From positions 120,203 to 184,202 of the forward strand of contig CAVXDT010000014.1 of NCBI GenBank assembly GCA_963760525.1: a DNA stretch of 64,000 nt, written 5' to 3'. Origin of the DNA: Nitrososphaeria archaeon (GTDB lineage: Archaea; Thermoproteota; Nitrososphaeria; JACIWG01). Each line of letters begins with the position of its first letter. Within the stretch, counting starts at the first letter, position 1. A program made the translations under genes and the position numbers. Shown one piece after another: positions 49,888-60,984 of this stretch. The notes below the pieces were generated by a model, which was given only the letters and a program-made list of their open reading frames with translations, ran no database searches and had not been told where the DNA came from.

Positions 49888-49963
49888 GGGGTCGTCAGCT
49901 AGCATGGCTTAGGCTACGTGGCTTGGGCCCACGCAATCGTGAGTTCAAATCTCACCGACCCCA
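49888..49963 (+). tRNA. tRNA-Pro(TGG)
   Basis: GGGGTCG...CGACCCCA, anticodon arm cgtgg-ctTGGgc-ccacg. Confidence 0.93.
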
Positions 49964-50155
49964 TCTTCATTGATACTTTTAGACGAACATCATATTAATC
50001 GGTATTATTGTTGAACCTAGCGAAAGCTCGTTCTGGTACCTGTTCTCTATTCGCAAAACGTATTCGCTGATTTCACGTTAAGATTTTTGAGCTATTAAGA
50101 GGTGAAAATTGGCTCTTATATCATTCAAACATGTGGGACATTTGTTATACACTTG

Positions 50156-50947
50156 TCATATGCTGTGTGATAGGTAGTCGAACCTTCCTCCGTCTACGAC
50201 TATCAGCTGTCCTGTTATGAAGCTTGACTCGTCGGATGCTAGAAAGAGTGCTGCATTGGCGATGTCTTGTGGCTGTCCGTTTCTTCTCAAAGCAGAAAAC
50301 CTCGCTTTCTCTTCGAATATCTCCTGAACTTCCTTCTCTGTCCTTCCTATTCGATGAACATCTGTCTCGATTAGTCCGGGTGCGATTGCGTTGACGTTTA
50401 TGTTGTATGGTCCTAGTTCGTATGCTAGTCTTTTTGTTAGGGTGTTGAGGGCTGCTTTGGCTGGTGCGTAGGCTACTGCTCTCCCGCTTGTTCTGCCAAT
50501 AGTGCCCAGTGAAGCGTTGGATGAAATGTTGATTATCTTCCCATACCTGCGCTTTGTCATTTGGGGTGCGATGGCTTGTACGCAGTAGTATGGGGCATAC
50601 AGTGTGCCTTCTACTGTTGTGCGGAGGTCTTCTTCAGTCGCCTCTAGGATGCTTGGGCTCATCGCGCCCTGTGTCACATTATTCACTAGGACATCTATTC
50701 TCTTGAACTCGTTTATAGCTTGGTTGACCATTTTGAAAACGTCGGCTTTTTTCGACATGTCTGCTTGTATTGTTATGGAATGACGTCCGAGTTTGGTGAT
50801 TTCTTCTGCTACTTCTTCTGCTTTCTGTTTGTTTTTGAGATAGTTTATTATGACGTCCGCTCCTTCTTTGGCGAAGGTTAGTGTGGTAGCTCTTCCTATT
50901 CCTCGGGACGAGCCTGTCACAAGACAAATCTTATCTTTTAACTTCAT
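50156..50947 (-). CDS. Short-chain dehydrogenase/reductase (FabG-like)
   Basis: TGSSRGIG, YAPAK, NAIAPG, VDGG. Confidence 0.92.
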   Translation of the reverse strand: MKLKDKICLVTGSSRGIGRATTLTFAKEGADVIINYLKNKQKAEEVAEEITKLGRHSITIQADMSKKADVFKMVNQAINEFKRIDVLVNNVTQGAMSPSILEATEEDLRTTVEGTLYAPYYCVQAIAPQMTKRRYGKIINISSNASLGTIGRTSGRAVAYAPAKAALNTLTKRLAYELGPYNINVNAIAPGLIETDVHRIGRTEKEVQEIFEEKARFSALRRNGQPQDIANAALFLASDESSFITGQLIVVDGGRFDYLSHSI

Positions 50948-51116
50948 CAGAACAACACTTTCTTCAGCGTTAATTTAAACCTTAAAGAATCAAATCTATT
51001 CTCCATTAGTCATATTCTATCATCTTATCTATGACTTTGACCTATATCTATTGGCTGACTAAAATATGTGCGCATTAACTGAGAACTAAAATTGCATTAA
51101 GGATTTGTCAAATAAA

Positions 51117-51572
51117 TTATTCTACATGTTGCTCGCTTCTATTTTCCCCAGTACCTATTTTCTGTATCATCTTTTCTAATGTCTGCATTAACTTCTCAGG
51201 TTCTTTGGTATATAACCTCAATACTTCTCCTCTTCTAGGATGTTTTATTGAAACGAACATTCTCTTTGTGTTACTTTTTATTTTAAATTTAGGCGAAATG
51301 TTACTGACCGTTCTATCGTTGTAAGTAAGCGCTCCGTTAGACACGTTATATTTTGTCGGAATAGTTGGGTAAGGTGTTGGAAAGAAAAAGAAGGCAAGCA
51401 CAAACATGATTATGAGTCCAATATAGCCTAAAAGGAAAAACATCAAAAACATCCCTATGAATTCTAGAGCCATTAGGCCCACGGTGTAGGTAAGGCTCCT
51501 CATCCTATCCGCTCTCTTTAACTCTCCTGCATCAAAGTCGCCTAAGGTTTCTTCCATGGTCACGTTTTCCAT
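51117..51572 (-). CDS. Hypothetical membrane protein (two TM helices plus soluble domain)
   Basis: Two hydrophobic helices followed by a basic beta-rich tail. Confidence 0.6.
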   Translation of the reverse strand: MENVTMEETLGDFDAGELKRADRMRSLTYTVGLMALEFIGMFLMFFLLGYIGLIIMFVLAFFFFPTPYPTIPTKYNVSNGALTYNDRTVSNISPKFKIKSNTKRMFVSIKHPRRGEVLRLYTKEPEKLMQTLEKMIQKIGTGENRSEQHVE

Positions 51573-51742
51573 TTAAATCTATTAATACTTTAGTATGACA
51601 AGACCTTGATAGTTTCTCCCCCTCAAGAAGACATAATAGCATCTCCCTGCTTTTACCAACCAGAAATCCTATACTGTCTTGTTGTATAATAATCAATACT
51701 GATTCTGAGGAATCATCGCACATAACTGGGTACTGTGCTATT

Positions 51743-51950
51743 TTAATTGCTAAAGAGCCTGTGCATGAGAGCAAGTACAAAGCCAGCAATGAAGCCACCA
51801 ATATGCGCCCAGTAAGCCACCCCACCGGTCTTTGCTGTAGTAATACCCAATGACGCGATCCCGCTAAAGAATTGTAAGACGAACCACAAACCAATGAACA
51901 AAAGTACCTGCACCCTCGTTATGGTGGCAAACAATCCTAAGAAGACGAAT
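51743..51950 (-). pseudogene. Rhomboid protease C-terminal remnant
   Basis: IGLWFVLQ...GGVAYWAHIGGFIAG; N-terminal two-thirds including the catalytic GxSG is missing. Confidence 0.75.
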
Positions 51951-52010
51951 ATCTTCTATTTTTATGAAACGATTATTATTGAAATGGGAATAAGTAGCAG
52001 TGACTAGGTT

Positions 52011-53080
52011 CTACTGAATCATTTCCCATTTTGCCTGATATTTGTTTAGTTCTGTTATCGTGTACTTATCCAGTGGATGCTCTCGAACAGGTACCTCAAG
52101 GTCTTTTTCTTCTCCACAGAGTCCTGTTGAGAAATATCGTTGGCCTGAATCGTTTATCATTGTCACAATCGATTTGAATTCTTGGTGCTTATTGGAGATT
52201 TTGATTGCTGCAGCTACATTGCAGCCTGACGATATCCCACAAAATATTCCCTCTTCCAAGGCAAGTCTTTTTGCCATCTCTATTGCCTCTTCGGAGGTGG
52301 TTGTGATGATTCCAGTGATGAGGCTTAGATCCGTGTTCTTTGGAACAAAACCATCACCAATACCTTCGATTCGGTGGGAACCCCACGTTCTTTTCGACAA
52401 GAGGGGGCCTTCAGTTGGTTCAACTGCATAAATACGGATGTCAGTTTTCTTTTCTTTAAGGAATTTGCCAACGCCTGTTAAAGTTCCCCCTGTACCTGTA
52501 GATGCTAAGAAGCAATCTATGTCTCCATTTGTCTGTTCCCAAATTTCCCTGGCAGTGGTCCCATAGTGTATGTCTGGATTGATGCGATTTGAAAACTGAT
52601 CTGGCCACCAGTATCTACCAGGATCTGCTTCTATTATCTTCTTTATTTTTTCCATACCCAAATCCACATCGCTTTCTCCACCTTCTGTGAATATCACATT
52701 GCCCCCGTATGAGCAGGATCATTTTTACCCTTTCTTGACTCATCCCCTTTGGCATGACAATTATGACCTTGTAACCAAGTAGGTGCCCGATGAAAGAACA
52801 TGAAATCCCTGCATTTCCTGTTGAGGCCTCTATGATTTCCATACCTGGTCTTAGTTCGCCAGATTCAATTGCCTTCTTCAGCATTCCATAGTAGATCCTG
52901 TCCTTCAAGCTGCCTGTAGGATTATAAAATTCCAATTTTCCAAATATATCCGCTGACACGCCGTTCTTCTTGGATATTCTCTCCAATTTTACAAGGGGCG
53001 TTCTGCCTATTAATTCGAGAATGCTTTCAGAAGCCTTCTTATTAACGTCCCATTCGATCTTATCTGAATCTGATCTTCCC
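52011..53080 (-). CDS. cysK: Cysteine synthase family PLP enzyme, split by a +1 frameshift near 52712
   Basis: IGRTPLV, NPTGSLKDR, STGNAG, then DQFSN, GTGGT, IEGIG, GISSG in the second frame. Confidence 0.85.
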
Positions 53081-53306
53081 ATGCCCTTCCACTTTCTGGT
53101 GAAAGGCATGCGTTATTTATTTCTTTTTTCAATGTTTTCCTGTCTATTAATATTTCAGAGCGACCAGTAGTATATAACAGCAAATCCCTAATGTGGGGAT
53201 TATTTTATCAGAGTAGACAATGTAAGGGGGTTGCTGTTCATCAATCTGTTCCACCAGATGACTCTTCTTGTCTTGAATTTCAATAGAATATCCGAGTGAG
53301 TTGCAG

Positions 53307-54461
53307 CTACCACATTAATTCGATCGCTCTTGTGGGACACCATGCTTTACATAGACCGCATCCGTCACACTTTTCTGGATTGGTCCGCGCCTTGCTGTCC
53401 ACCATTTGGATCGCATCGTACGAGCAACTCGTTACGCAAATCCTGCATCCGTTGCACAGGGTTTCGTCAACGGATGCCTTCATTGGCTCTCTTGCCGCCA
53501 GCTCCTCTACTGTGGTTAAATATCTTAATGCTATTCCCTTGAAATCTTCGATCTTTTCGTACCCTTTTCTTTCCATGAAAGATTTAAGACCACTATTCAA
53601 TTCTTCAAAAACTCTTAACCCCCTCCACATGACAGCAGTACACGTTTGTACCGTAGTAGCGCCTACCATGATATATTCTACAACATCCCTCCAATTGGAG
53701 ACGCCTCCTATCGCAGATATCGGTATCCTGACTGCTTGGGCTACCTGTGCAACACATCTTAGCGTAATTGGTTTTATCCCCGGGCCTGAGTAACCTCCAA
53801 AAGCAGGCAGTATAGGTTTTCCTGTCTCAACATCGACTCCATACAGTGCTTGCACTGAATTAGTGGCTGATATGGCATCAGCGCCTCCTTCTTCAGCTGC
53901 CCTAGCTATCTCCCCAATATACGCAAAGTTCGGTGACAGTTTTACAGTCACAGGCACATCGACAGCTTCCTTAACTGCCTTAGTCTGTTCCATAGTCAAT
54001 TTCGGGTCTCTCCCAATGTGCATTCCGACTTTTTCGACAGGCATGGGGCAGGAGACGTTTATTTCGACCATCGACACATAACCCGTTTTCACGACTGCTG
54101 ACGCTGTCTTTTGAGTGTTAGAAGGATCGGGGTCTGCCACAATACTCGCTATGATAGGTACTCCGCCTTGGGCGGCGATCTTCAGTTCCTTCTCAAGCCA
54201 ACTTTGCAATGGAAGAGTTGAAAACAGTTCGAGGTTGATCATGCCAAAAGGAGTTTTTTGAACTTTGAAAAGGCCCATCCTTCCGACACGAGGATGATGA
54301 AGCCACCTAGAAGGTGGACCTATTGACTTGGGGATCACCGCACCTGCTCCAGCCAGTCCCACCCTCTTCAAATGCTCTCCATCCCAACCTGGACCGCCAG
54401 ACGCCAAGATTATGGGATTTGCAAGGTTAACACCTGCAAAATTTACACTTATGTCCACCAT
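53307..54461 (-). CDS. preA: Dihydropyrimidine dehydrogenase subunit PreA-like (DHODH barrel + 2x[4Fe-4S])
   Basis: NPIILAS, EINVSCP, VKLSPN, GGYSGP, CxxCxxCxxxC twice. Confidence 0.8.
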   Translation of the reverse strand: MVDISVNFAGVNLANPIILASGGPGWDGEHLKRVGLAGAGAVIPKSIGPPSRWLHHPRVGRMGLFKVQKTPFGMINLELFSTLPLQSWLEKELKIAAQGGVPIIASIVADPDPSNTQKTASAVVKTGYVSMVEINVSCPMPVEKVGMHIGRDPKLTMEQTKAVKEAVDVPVTVKLSPNFAYIGEIARAAEEGGADAISATNSVQALYGVDVETGKPILPAFGGYSGPGIKPITLRCVAQVAQAVRIPISAIGGVSNWRDVVEYIMVGATTVQTCTAVMWRGLRVFEELNSGLKSFMERKGYEKIEDFKGIALRYLTTVEELAAREPMKASVDETLCNGCRICVTSCSYDAIQMVDSKARTNPEKCDGCGLCKAWCPTRAIELMW

Positions 54462-54525
54462 CTAAATCAACTCTTTCATGCTCTAGCAAAGCATACGTAT
54501 TTCAATCTTGCTTTTTTTACTGTAA

Positions 54526-55797
54526 CTATGGAACTCCTCCGCACCAGTCAAGAATTGTTAGCGCCAGCACCTTCGTAGCTGTAGTAAGGCTGTCAATATC
54601 GACCCATTCATTTACAGCATGCATCTGTTCCGTTAGGCCGGGCCCGAAAATGACTGTTGGAGTTTTACCATAATTGTTAAGGAATCGTGTGTCTGCAGCG
54701 CCTATCCTGCCTGATATTATCGGATTCCTTCTTGTAACTTCCTTGAAATTTGATGAGACGGTCTTGACTATTTGGTGTTCAACAGGAATCTCTGACGGTT
54801 CAGCAAAGTAACCTGTAAACTTGATTTTAGGGAGATGGTCTTTTAGCCATGAGTCTTTCCGAGCTACTTTGAATATGTAACTGACAAAATTACGTTTTAC
54901 CTCTTCAGAGTCTTCTCCTGGAAGAGTTGCAATGCTGCCTTTAAGGAGACATGTGCTGGGGAAAGCGCTAGGATAAGAGCCGCCTTGAAAAACGCACACC
55001 ATGCACGGTAAAGCCTCCCTAGTGTCAGGGTACAGAGGGTGACTTAGCTTGGCGACTCTCAGTTCCTCTAGGGCGGAAACAGCTTCGACGATCTTATATC
55101 CTTCCACAATAGCGTTCACGCCTTCCCATCTTCTCTGTATTCCAGCTGGTTTGCCCTCTACGGAAATCTCGAACCAGATACGTCCAATGGAGGCAGGCTG
55201 TACTCTGAGACTGCTAGTTTCACAACATATGCCGGCGTCTGCTTTATAGCCTCTTAAGATGCACGCCAAGGTTCCATTTCCGCTCAGTTCTTCGTCTACT
55301 GTAGACTCCAAAATAACATCGCCCTTCAACCTGACTTTAGATTTTATGATCGCATCTAATGCTGTTGTCATGGCAACTAGGCCGCTTTTCATGTCAGAGG
55401 CGCCGCATCCGTAGACTCTGCCATTTTCCACCTTGCCGCTCCATGGGCCGTATTCCCAAGCGTCAGGTGGTCCTGGTGGGATGACATCTACGTGCCCATT
55501 AAACAGAAGAGATTTCCCTTCACCTTCTCCATTTAGCACGCCCACAACGTTGGGTCTGTTCCTATAGTCACCTGCTGTAGGGACATGCCCAGAATGACCT
55601 TTCAGTTCGTCAATCTTAGGCTCCCACACGTCTACTGACAGTCCCATACGATTCAGCTTTTCAGTTATGAACTCTTGCGCCTCCTTCTCGTTTCCAGTTA
55701 CGCTTGGAATAGAAATGAGCTTTTGTAGGAACCTCACGGTTTCCTCTTGATTTTTTTCAATATGTCTTAAGACTTTTTCTCTAAGTTCAGCGGTCAT
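54526..55797 (-). CDS. M20 (ArgE/DapE) family amidohydrolase
   Basis: FNGHVDV, GASDMKSG, DEE, GPG...MHAVNE; ATG at 55797 preferred as start. Confidence 0.9.
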   Translation of the reverse strand: MTAELREKVLRHIEKNQEETVRFLQKLISIPSVTGNEKEAQEFITEKLNRMGLSVDVWEPKIDELKGHSGHVPTAGDYRNRPNVVGVLNGEGEGKSLLFNGHVDVIPPGPPDAWEYGPWSGKVENGRVYGCGASDMKSGLVAMTTALDAIIKSKVRLKGDVILESTVDEELSGNGTLACILRGYKADAGICCETSSLRVQPASIGRIWFEISVEGKPAGIQRRWEGVNAIVEGYKIVEAVSALEELRVAKLSHPLYPDTREALPCMVCVFQGGSYPSAFPSTCLLKGSIATLPGEDSEEVKRNFVSYIFKVARKDSWLKDHLPKIKFTGYFAEPSEIPVEHQIVKTVSSNFKEVTRRNPIISGRIGAADTRFLNNYGKTPTVIFGPGLTEQMHAVNEWVDIDSLTTATKVLALTILDWCGGVP

Positions 55798-56764
55798 ATC
55801 TAAATCTCTCTGGCACGTGCAAGTCATCCTTCCGTCTCCTGTCCGCCCACTTCTCATACGGCTTTCCCAGTCTTTTGTCCCATGGGATGTATCCTGGCTC
55901 TGTCTCGTCAGGAAAATCATGCTGTCCATCATATGGAGCTTTTATGAATTCGCATTCCTCGTTTGGCAGTCCTTCTTGGAACATCAGCTTTCCCCTCTCA
56001 TGCCATAATTCGAGGTTTTGGCAGAGGGTTGGCATCTGTTCGCCAGGGATGGATAAACAGATTTCATTTGGTGCTATATGCATCGCTCCAAAAGCACCGT
56101 GGCAACCAAGGGTGTAACGAGCTTCTCCCTTTAGAAAGGCAGCTGCCCAACTGGACGAACAAGTACCGGGGCCAGTCTCACTTTTAGGTGTTAATCCATT
56201 AAAGTATTGAAGCGCTCTACAAACCATAGTACATTGTCTTGCATCACCAACGACTACAACAACATCTGGGTCAAACGGGCAATTGCTCAATGGCGATATT
56301 CCCAAATATTGAATGTCTGGAGAAACTATGGAATAATCGTGAATGAGGTTTCTTCTACTGGCTATTGGTGATCCATAGATTCCAAGGCTAGAGCCGACTC
56401 CTAAATCAGGGTCCGTTCTAGTATGTGAAGCTCCTGACATTAAATTGTAAGATACCGGAGCAAGACCAACATACCCTTCTCCACTGCATGCAGGCTGAGC
56501 CGGTCTACTCTTAACCCCATCGAGAATATAGACTTCTCTCCTGAATCGAGCTCTCTGCATAAATTGGCAGTGAAGTAATTTTAGAGGTCCTCTATAGACG
56601 TATTTGTTCAATTTTGGTGGCATCGTCTTGTGAGGCCACCAAGCCAATGCTATAGGGTCTCCATATAAGCGTAATTCTCTGATTAAAATCTCACCTTGTT
56701 TTTTTGGAGGATACCCATGCCAGTCACGGTCATATATAGACCAATCATATTCTTTGGGCATCAC
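55787..56764 (-). CDS. DUF169-family protein
   Basis: HCQFMQRAR, C..G..YVGL, PL...PFDPDVVVV, C...LGC.G. Confidence 0.75.
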   Translation of the reverse strand: MMPKEYDWSIYDRDWHGYPPKKQGEILIRELRLYGDPIALAWWPHKTMPPKLNKYVYRGPLKLLHCQFMQRARFRREVYILDGVKSRPAQPACSGEGYVGLAPVSYNLMSGASHTRTDPDLGVGSSLGIYGSPIASRRNLIHDYSIVSPDIQYLGISPLSNCPFDPDVVVVVGDARQCTMVCRALQYFNGLTPKSETGPGTCSSSWAAAFLKGEARYTLGCHGAFGAMHIAPNEICLSIPGEQMPTLCQNLELWHERGKLMFQEGLPNEECEFIKAPYDGQHDFPDETEPGYIPWDKRLGKPYEKWADRRRKDDLHVPERFRYDR

Positions 56765-56913
56765 TGCAATAAAGGGAAATGAGTATTAATATCTTTTTGA
56801 CTGAAATCTATCTTACGAAAAACAAACAGATATTTCAAATTGTACGATTAACTTCCAAATGAACTAATAAAGACTTATAAACTCCTGACAAATCACGTTT
56901 TGAGTGATGTATT

Positions 56914-58584
56914 ATGGCAACAGCAATACCGGCAGTTACCCAAAGTGGTCAACAAGTGTTGATTCTGCGGGAGGGCGCTACCAAATCAACTGGTAGAGAA
57001 GCGCAAAAAAATAATATAGCAGCTGCGAAAATAGTGGCTGAACTCGTCAGATCATGTTTAGGCCCACGTGGCATGGACAAAATGTTAGTGGACACCCTAG
57101 GAGATGTTACTATCACCGATGACGGAGCAACCATACTAAAGGAGATAGATGTAAACCATCCTGCAGCTAAAGCGATAGTGGAAATCTCAAAAGTAACGGA
57201 TAGCGAAGTGGGTGATGGAACCACATCAGCTGTGGTTTTAGCAGGTGCACTTCTCGAAAAAGCAGAAGAGTTGCTGGATAAAGGTGTTCATCCTATGATC
57301 ATAATTGATGGTTACAAGAAAGCGGAAGCCAAGGCAAAAGAAATTCTCAATTCAGTGGCTATAAAGGTTGACCCCAAAGACAAAGATTGGCTTACTAAAG
57401 TTGCCAAAACCAGCATAGCTACAAAGATGATTTCTTTAGAAGGAGATTATGTGGCTTCACTTGCTGTCAAAAGTTTGCTTTCAGTCGCCGAAGAATATGA
57501 TGGAAAGATAAGAGTAGACATAGATAACGTTAAGGTGGAGAAGAAAGCTGGAGGCTCTACAAGAGACAGTCAATTAATATATGGTATAGCCTTGGACAAA
57601 GAGGTTGTTCACAGTGGTATGCCCAAGAGTGTTAGTGAGGCCAAGATAGCATTAGTTAATTCTCCACTAGAAATTGAAAAAACAGAGTATGATACCAAAA
57701 TTACCATTAACAATCCAGAACAGATTAAGATGTTTCTGGATGAGGAAAACACAATGCTTAAGGACATGGTGAACAATGTTGCAAAGACAGGCGCGAATGT
57801 TCTAATCTGCCAAAAAGGGATAGATGATGTAGCTCAGCAGTATTTAGCTAAGGCAGGAATACTTTCTGTCAGAAGAGTGAGTGAGAGTGACATGAACAGG
57901 CTTGCAAGAGCTACTGGAGGCAAAGTTGTAACAATCATAGAACAAATTAGTTCTAGCGACCTCGGTCATGCAAAACATGTTGAAGAAAGAAAGATTGAAG
58001 ATGGCAAATGGGTGTTCGTTGAAGGATGCAAGGATCCAAAAGCTGTAACACTATTCCTTAGAGGCGGAACCCAAAGAGTAGTGGAAGAATCAGTGAGATC
58101 TATACATGATGCCTTGTGTGTTGTGAGGGATGTCATGTTGAAGCCTTTAATTGTTCTAGGTGCAGGTGCTCCAGAAGCTGAAATCGCTTCAAAACTCTTC
58201 GATTACGCTCAGACATTGTCTGGCAGAGAACAGCTTGCTGTACAGAAGTTTGCTGAAGCCATGGAAGCCATTCCTTTGGCGCTAGCTGAAAACGCGGGAA
58301 TGAACCCGATAGATGTACTAGTTGAACTTAGGTCAAGGCATAATAAAGGCGGTAAAACCGTCGGTGTAAATGCTATCGCTGGAAAAATCGACGATGTCGC
58401 AAACTTTGGAGTTTATGAGCCACTGGCAGTCAAAGAGCAGATACTCTCAGCGGCTACAGAAACAACGGCAATGATTCTCAGAATAGATGACGTCATAGCA
58501 TCTAAGAGGCCAGCAGGCGGCCCGCCACCAGGTGGTGGAGGAGGAGGCGGCTATGGTGGGATGCCCGGTGGGATGGGTTACTAA
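56914..58584 (+). CDS. ths: Thermosome (group II chaperonin) subunit
   Basis: LGPRGMDKM, GDGTT, ILRIDD, GGM tail. Confidence 0.97.
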   Translation: MATAIPAVTQSGQQVLILREGATKSTGREAQKNNIAAAKIVAELVRSCLGPRGMDKMLVDTLGDVTITDDGATILKEIDVNHPAAKAIVEISKVTDSEVGDGTTSAVVLAGALLEKAEELLDKGVHPMIIIDGYKKAEAKAKEILNSVAIKVDPKDKDWLTKVAKTSIATKMISLEGDYVASLAVKSLLSVAEEYDGKIRVDIDNVKVEKKAGGSTRDSQLIYGIALDKEVVHSGMPKSVSEAKIALVNSPLEIEKTEYDTKITINNPEQIKMFLDEENTMLKDMVNNVAKTGANVLICQKGIDDVAQQYLAKAGILSVRRVSESDMNRLARATGGKVVTIIEQISSSDLGHAKHVEERKIEDGKWVFVEGCKDPKAVTLFLRGGTQRVVEESVRSIHDALCVVRDVMLKPLIVLGAGAPEAEIASKLFDYAQTLSGREQLAVQKFAEAMEAIPLALAENAGMNPIDVLVELRSRHNKGGKTVGVNAIAGKIDDVANFGVYEPLAVKEQILSAATETTAMILRIDDVIASKRPAGGPPPGGGGGGGYGGMPGGMGY

Positions 58585-58769
58585 CCCAAACTAGAAAACT
58601 CCGTGTACGTCCTAGAAATGATAGGATCAAAGGATGCTATACTCGCTCCTTGAAAATGTAGCCTCCTTTTTTCCGTGAGCTATGGCAATTACATCTTTAG
58701 CCTAATTTTCAAGTAGTATACGATTAGCTTTTTAACAAACTGTTCACTAGAAGAGAACCGCGTGGGAAA

Positions 58770-59678
58770 TTGGAAGACCGCACTTTGACTGATAAAATAA
58801 GGGGCTTTAAGAAGCTAAGAAATGCGGTTATAGTCGCCCATAATTATCAACGTGATGAAGTACAAGATATTGCTGACTATGTCGGCGATTCATTAGGATT
58901 AAGTCAGGAAGCTGCCAAGAGCCACGCGGATGTAATCGTGTTCTGTGGAGTACATTTTATGGCTGAAACAGCCTCAATACTTTCTCCATCTAAAACAGTT
59001 CTGATGCCAGACGTAGGTGCAGGTTGTCCTATGGCCAACATGATCACAGCAGAAAGCCTACGCGCTCTCAAGAAGGAACATCCGCAGGCAACAGTAGTAT
59101 GCTATGTCAACACAACTGCAGAAGTCAAGGCAGAAAGTGACATATGCTGCACATCATCGAATGCCGTGAAAGTCGTAGAATCAGTTGAAGGATCTGAAGT
59201 TATTTTTGTTCCTGATAAATATTTGGCTCACTATGTATCCACCAAGACTAAAAAGAAGATCATTCCGTGGAATGGCTATTGCCCAACACATTTTAGGATC
59301 TTACCTGACCATATCTTAGCGCAAAAAAGGCTGCACCCAGAAGCTGAGGTAATGGTTCACCCAGAATGTACACCACCAGTGATTGCTTTAGCAGATAAGG
59401 TGCTATCGACAGGGGGAATGTGTAAGTATGCAAAAGAATCAAAAGCTAGCGAAATCATTGTAGGTACGGAAATTGGCATACTGCATCGGTTGAGAAAGGA
59501 AAATCCCGATAAGAAGTTTTATCCTGCTTCAGAGTCAGCGATATGTCCTAATATGAAATTGACAACTGTCGAAAAAGTCTTTTGGTCGTTAGAGAATATG
59601 AAATATGTAATTAAAGTCCCCGATGATATCCGTATTAGTGCTAGAAGTGCTGTAGACAAAATGTTAACAGTTCTCTAA
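58770..59678 (+). CDS. nadA: Quinolinate synthase
   Basis: AHNYQ, FCGVHFMAE, GCPMA, HPEC, CPNMK. Confidence 0.97.
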   Translation: MEDRTLTDKIRGFKKLRNAVIVAHNYQRDEVQDIADYVGDSLGLSQEAAKSHADVIVFCGVHFMAETASILSPSKTVLMPDVGAGCPMANMITAESLRALKKEHPQATVVCYVNTTAEVKAESDICCTSSNAVKVVESVEGSEVIFVPDKYLAHYVSTKTKKKIIPWNGYCPTHFRILPDHILAQKRLHPEAEVMVHPECTPPVIALADKVLSTGGMCKYAKESKASEIIVGTEIGILHRLRKENPDKKFYPASESAICPNMKLTTVEKVFWSLENMKYVIKVPDDIRISARSAVDKMLTVL

Positions 59679-59966
59679 CATTCTAACAACCCAATTTAGT
59701 ATTCTTCGCTATGAATCGTTGTATTCAAGGGGTATAGTTTGTGATTTAGGTGAAGCCTTCTAATATTCTTCGATGGTACGTTCTACCTTTTAGTCAGTGC
59801 CTCTTAACAAACATACTAACTCTGTGATTTACAATACATAATAAACTACTAGAACTGGATAGGAAAAGATGACGTGCAGACAATAGGCCCCCCCTCCCTC
59901 TCCCCTTAGGGTCCTCCATTCAATAAATATCGTCTAGGACAGCGTATTTTCGGAGGTTTAAGGAAG

Positions 59967-60959
59967 ATGGTTGAAACCGTGCTCGATTTGGAGCTCCACG
60001 ACTTAGACGGCATTGGGCCGTCTACCGAAAAGAAGCTTAAGGATGCAGGGATAGAATCCGTCCTCGACCTAGCTGTCGCCTTACCGGATGAAGTGGCAGA
60101 AAAGATTGGTGGAGCGAAAGAGAACGCGAGCGCAATGATCTTCATAGCCCAGAGGTCGCTGATGGAAAGCGGTTTAATCGATAAGGAGTTTGTTCCAGCG
60201 CTTGAGACGTTTGAAAAGCGCAAGACTATGGTCAAGTGCACGACAGGTTCGAAGAACCTCGACATCTTGCTCAAAGGGGGGATAGAGACTCAAGCTATCA
60301 CAGAATTTTGGGGTGATTTCGGTTCTGGCAAGAGCCAGCTCTGTCACACGCTCTGCATTATGGCCCAGGCTCCCATAGAAAGTGGTGGGTTTGGAGGGGG
60401 TGTGATCTTCATCGACACTGAAAGCACTTTTCGCCCTGAAAGGATATATCAGATAGCTGAGTCAAGGGGGTTGGACCCTATTCAGATACTAAAGGGCACG
60501 ATAGTCTGCAAGGTCTACAATAGCAGCCATTTGGAGTTGGCTATAAGGAGGCTTGGGAAGTACATTGAACAATCCAACGTCAAGCTCGTTATAGTGGACA
60601 GCATAATATCACTTCACAGGTCCGAGTTCGCGGGTAGGGGAACACTGGCCGAAAGACAGCAGAAGCTGAACGGGCTCATACACCGACTTCTAAGGATGGC
60701 TGAAATCTATAACGTGGCGGTTGTGGTAACAAATCAGGTTCAATCGCAGCCAGACGTGTTCTTCGGAGACCCGACAAAGCCCGCTGGAGGCAATGTGATT
60801 GCGCATGCCTGTACGTACAGGGTCTACCTTAAGAAGGCTGGTCAAGAGAGAATAGCCACTATTGTGGACAGCCCATATCATCCATATTCGGATACCAGGT
60901 TCATGATTTCTGAGAGGGGGGTGGAGGATCCGGAGCCGAAGAAGGGCAGGGAAGGCTAG
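59967..60959 (+). CDS. radA: DNA repair and recombination protein RadA
   Basis: N-terminal HhH, FxxA (FVPA), GDFGSGKSQ, DTESTFRPERI, GRGTLAERQ, TNQV. Confidence 0.95.
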   Translation: MVETVLDLELHDLDGIGPSTEKKLKDAGIESVLDLAVALPDEVAEKIGGAKENASAMIFIAQRSLMESGLIDKEFVPALETFEKRKTMVKCTTGSKNLDILLKGGIETQAITEFWGDFGSGKSQLCHTLCIMAQAPIESGGFGGGVIFIDTESTFRPERIYQIAESRGLDPIQILKGTIVCKVYNSSHLELAIRRLGKYIEQSNVKLVIVDSIISLHRSEFAGRGTLAERQQKLNGLIHRLLRMAEIYNVAVVVTNQVQSQPDVFFGDPTKPAGGNVIAHACTYRVYLKKAGQERIATIVDSPYHPYSDTRFMISERGVEDPEPKKGREG

Positions 60960-60984
60960 TTTGTTCTAAGGTGGTGATACGTAG

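Noticed and set aside
52690..52725. cysK frameshift as an intron or regulatory slip
   Set aside because: One extra base with no structure; error or recent pseudogenisation cannot be distinguished.
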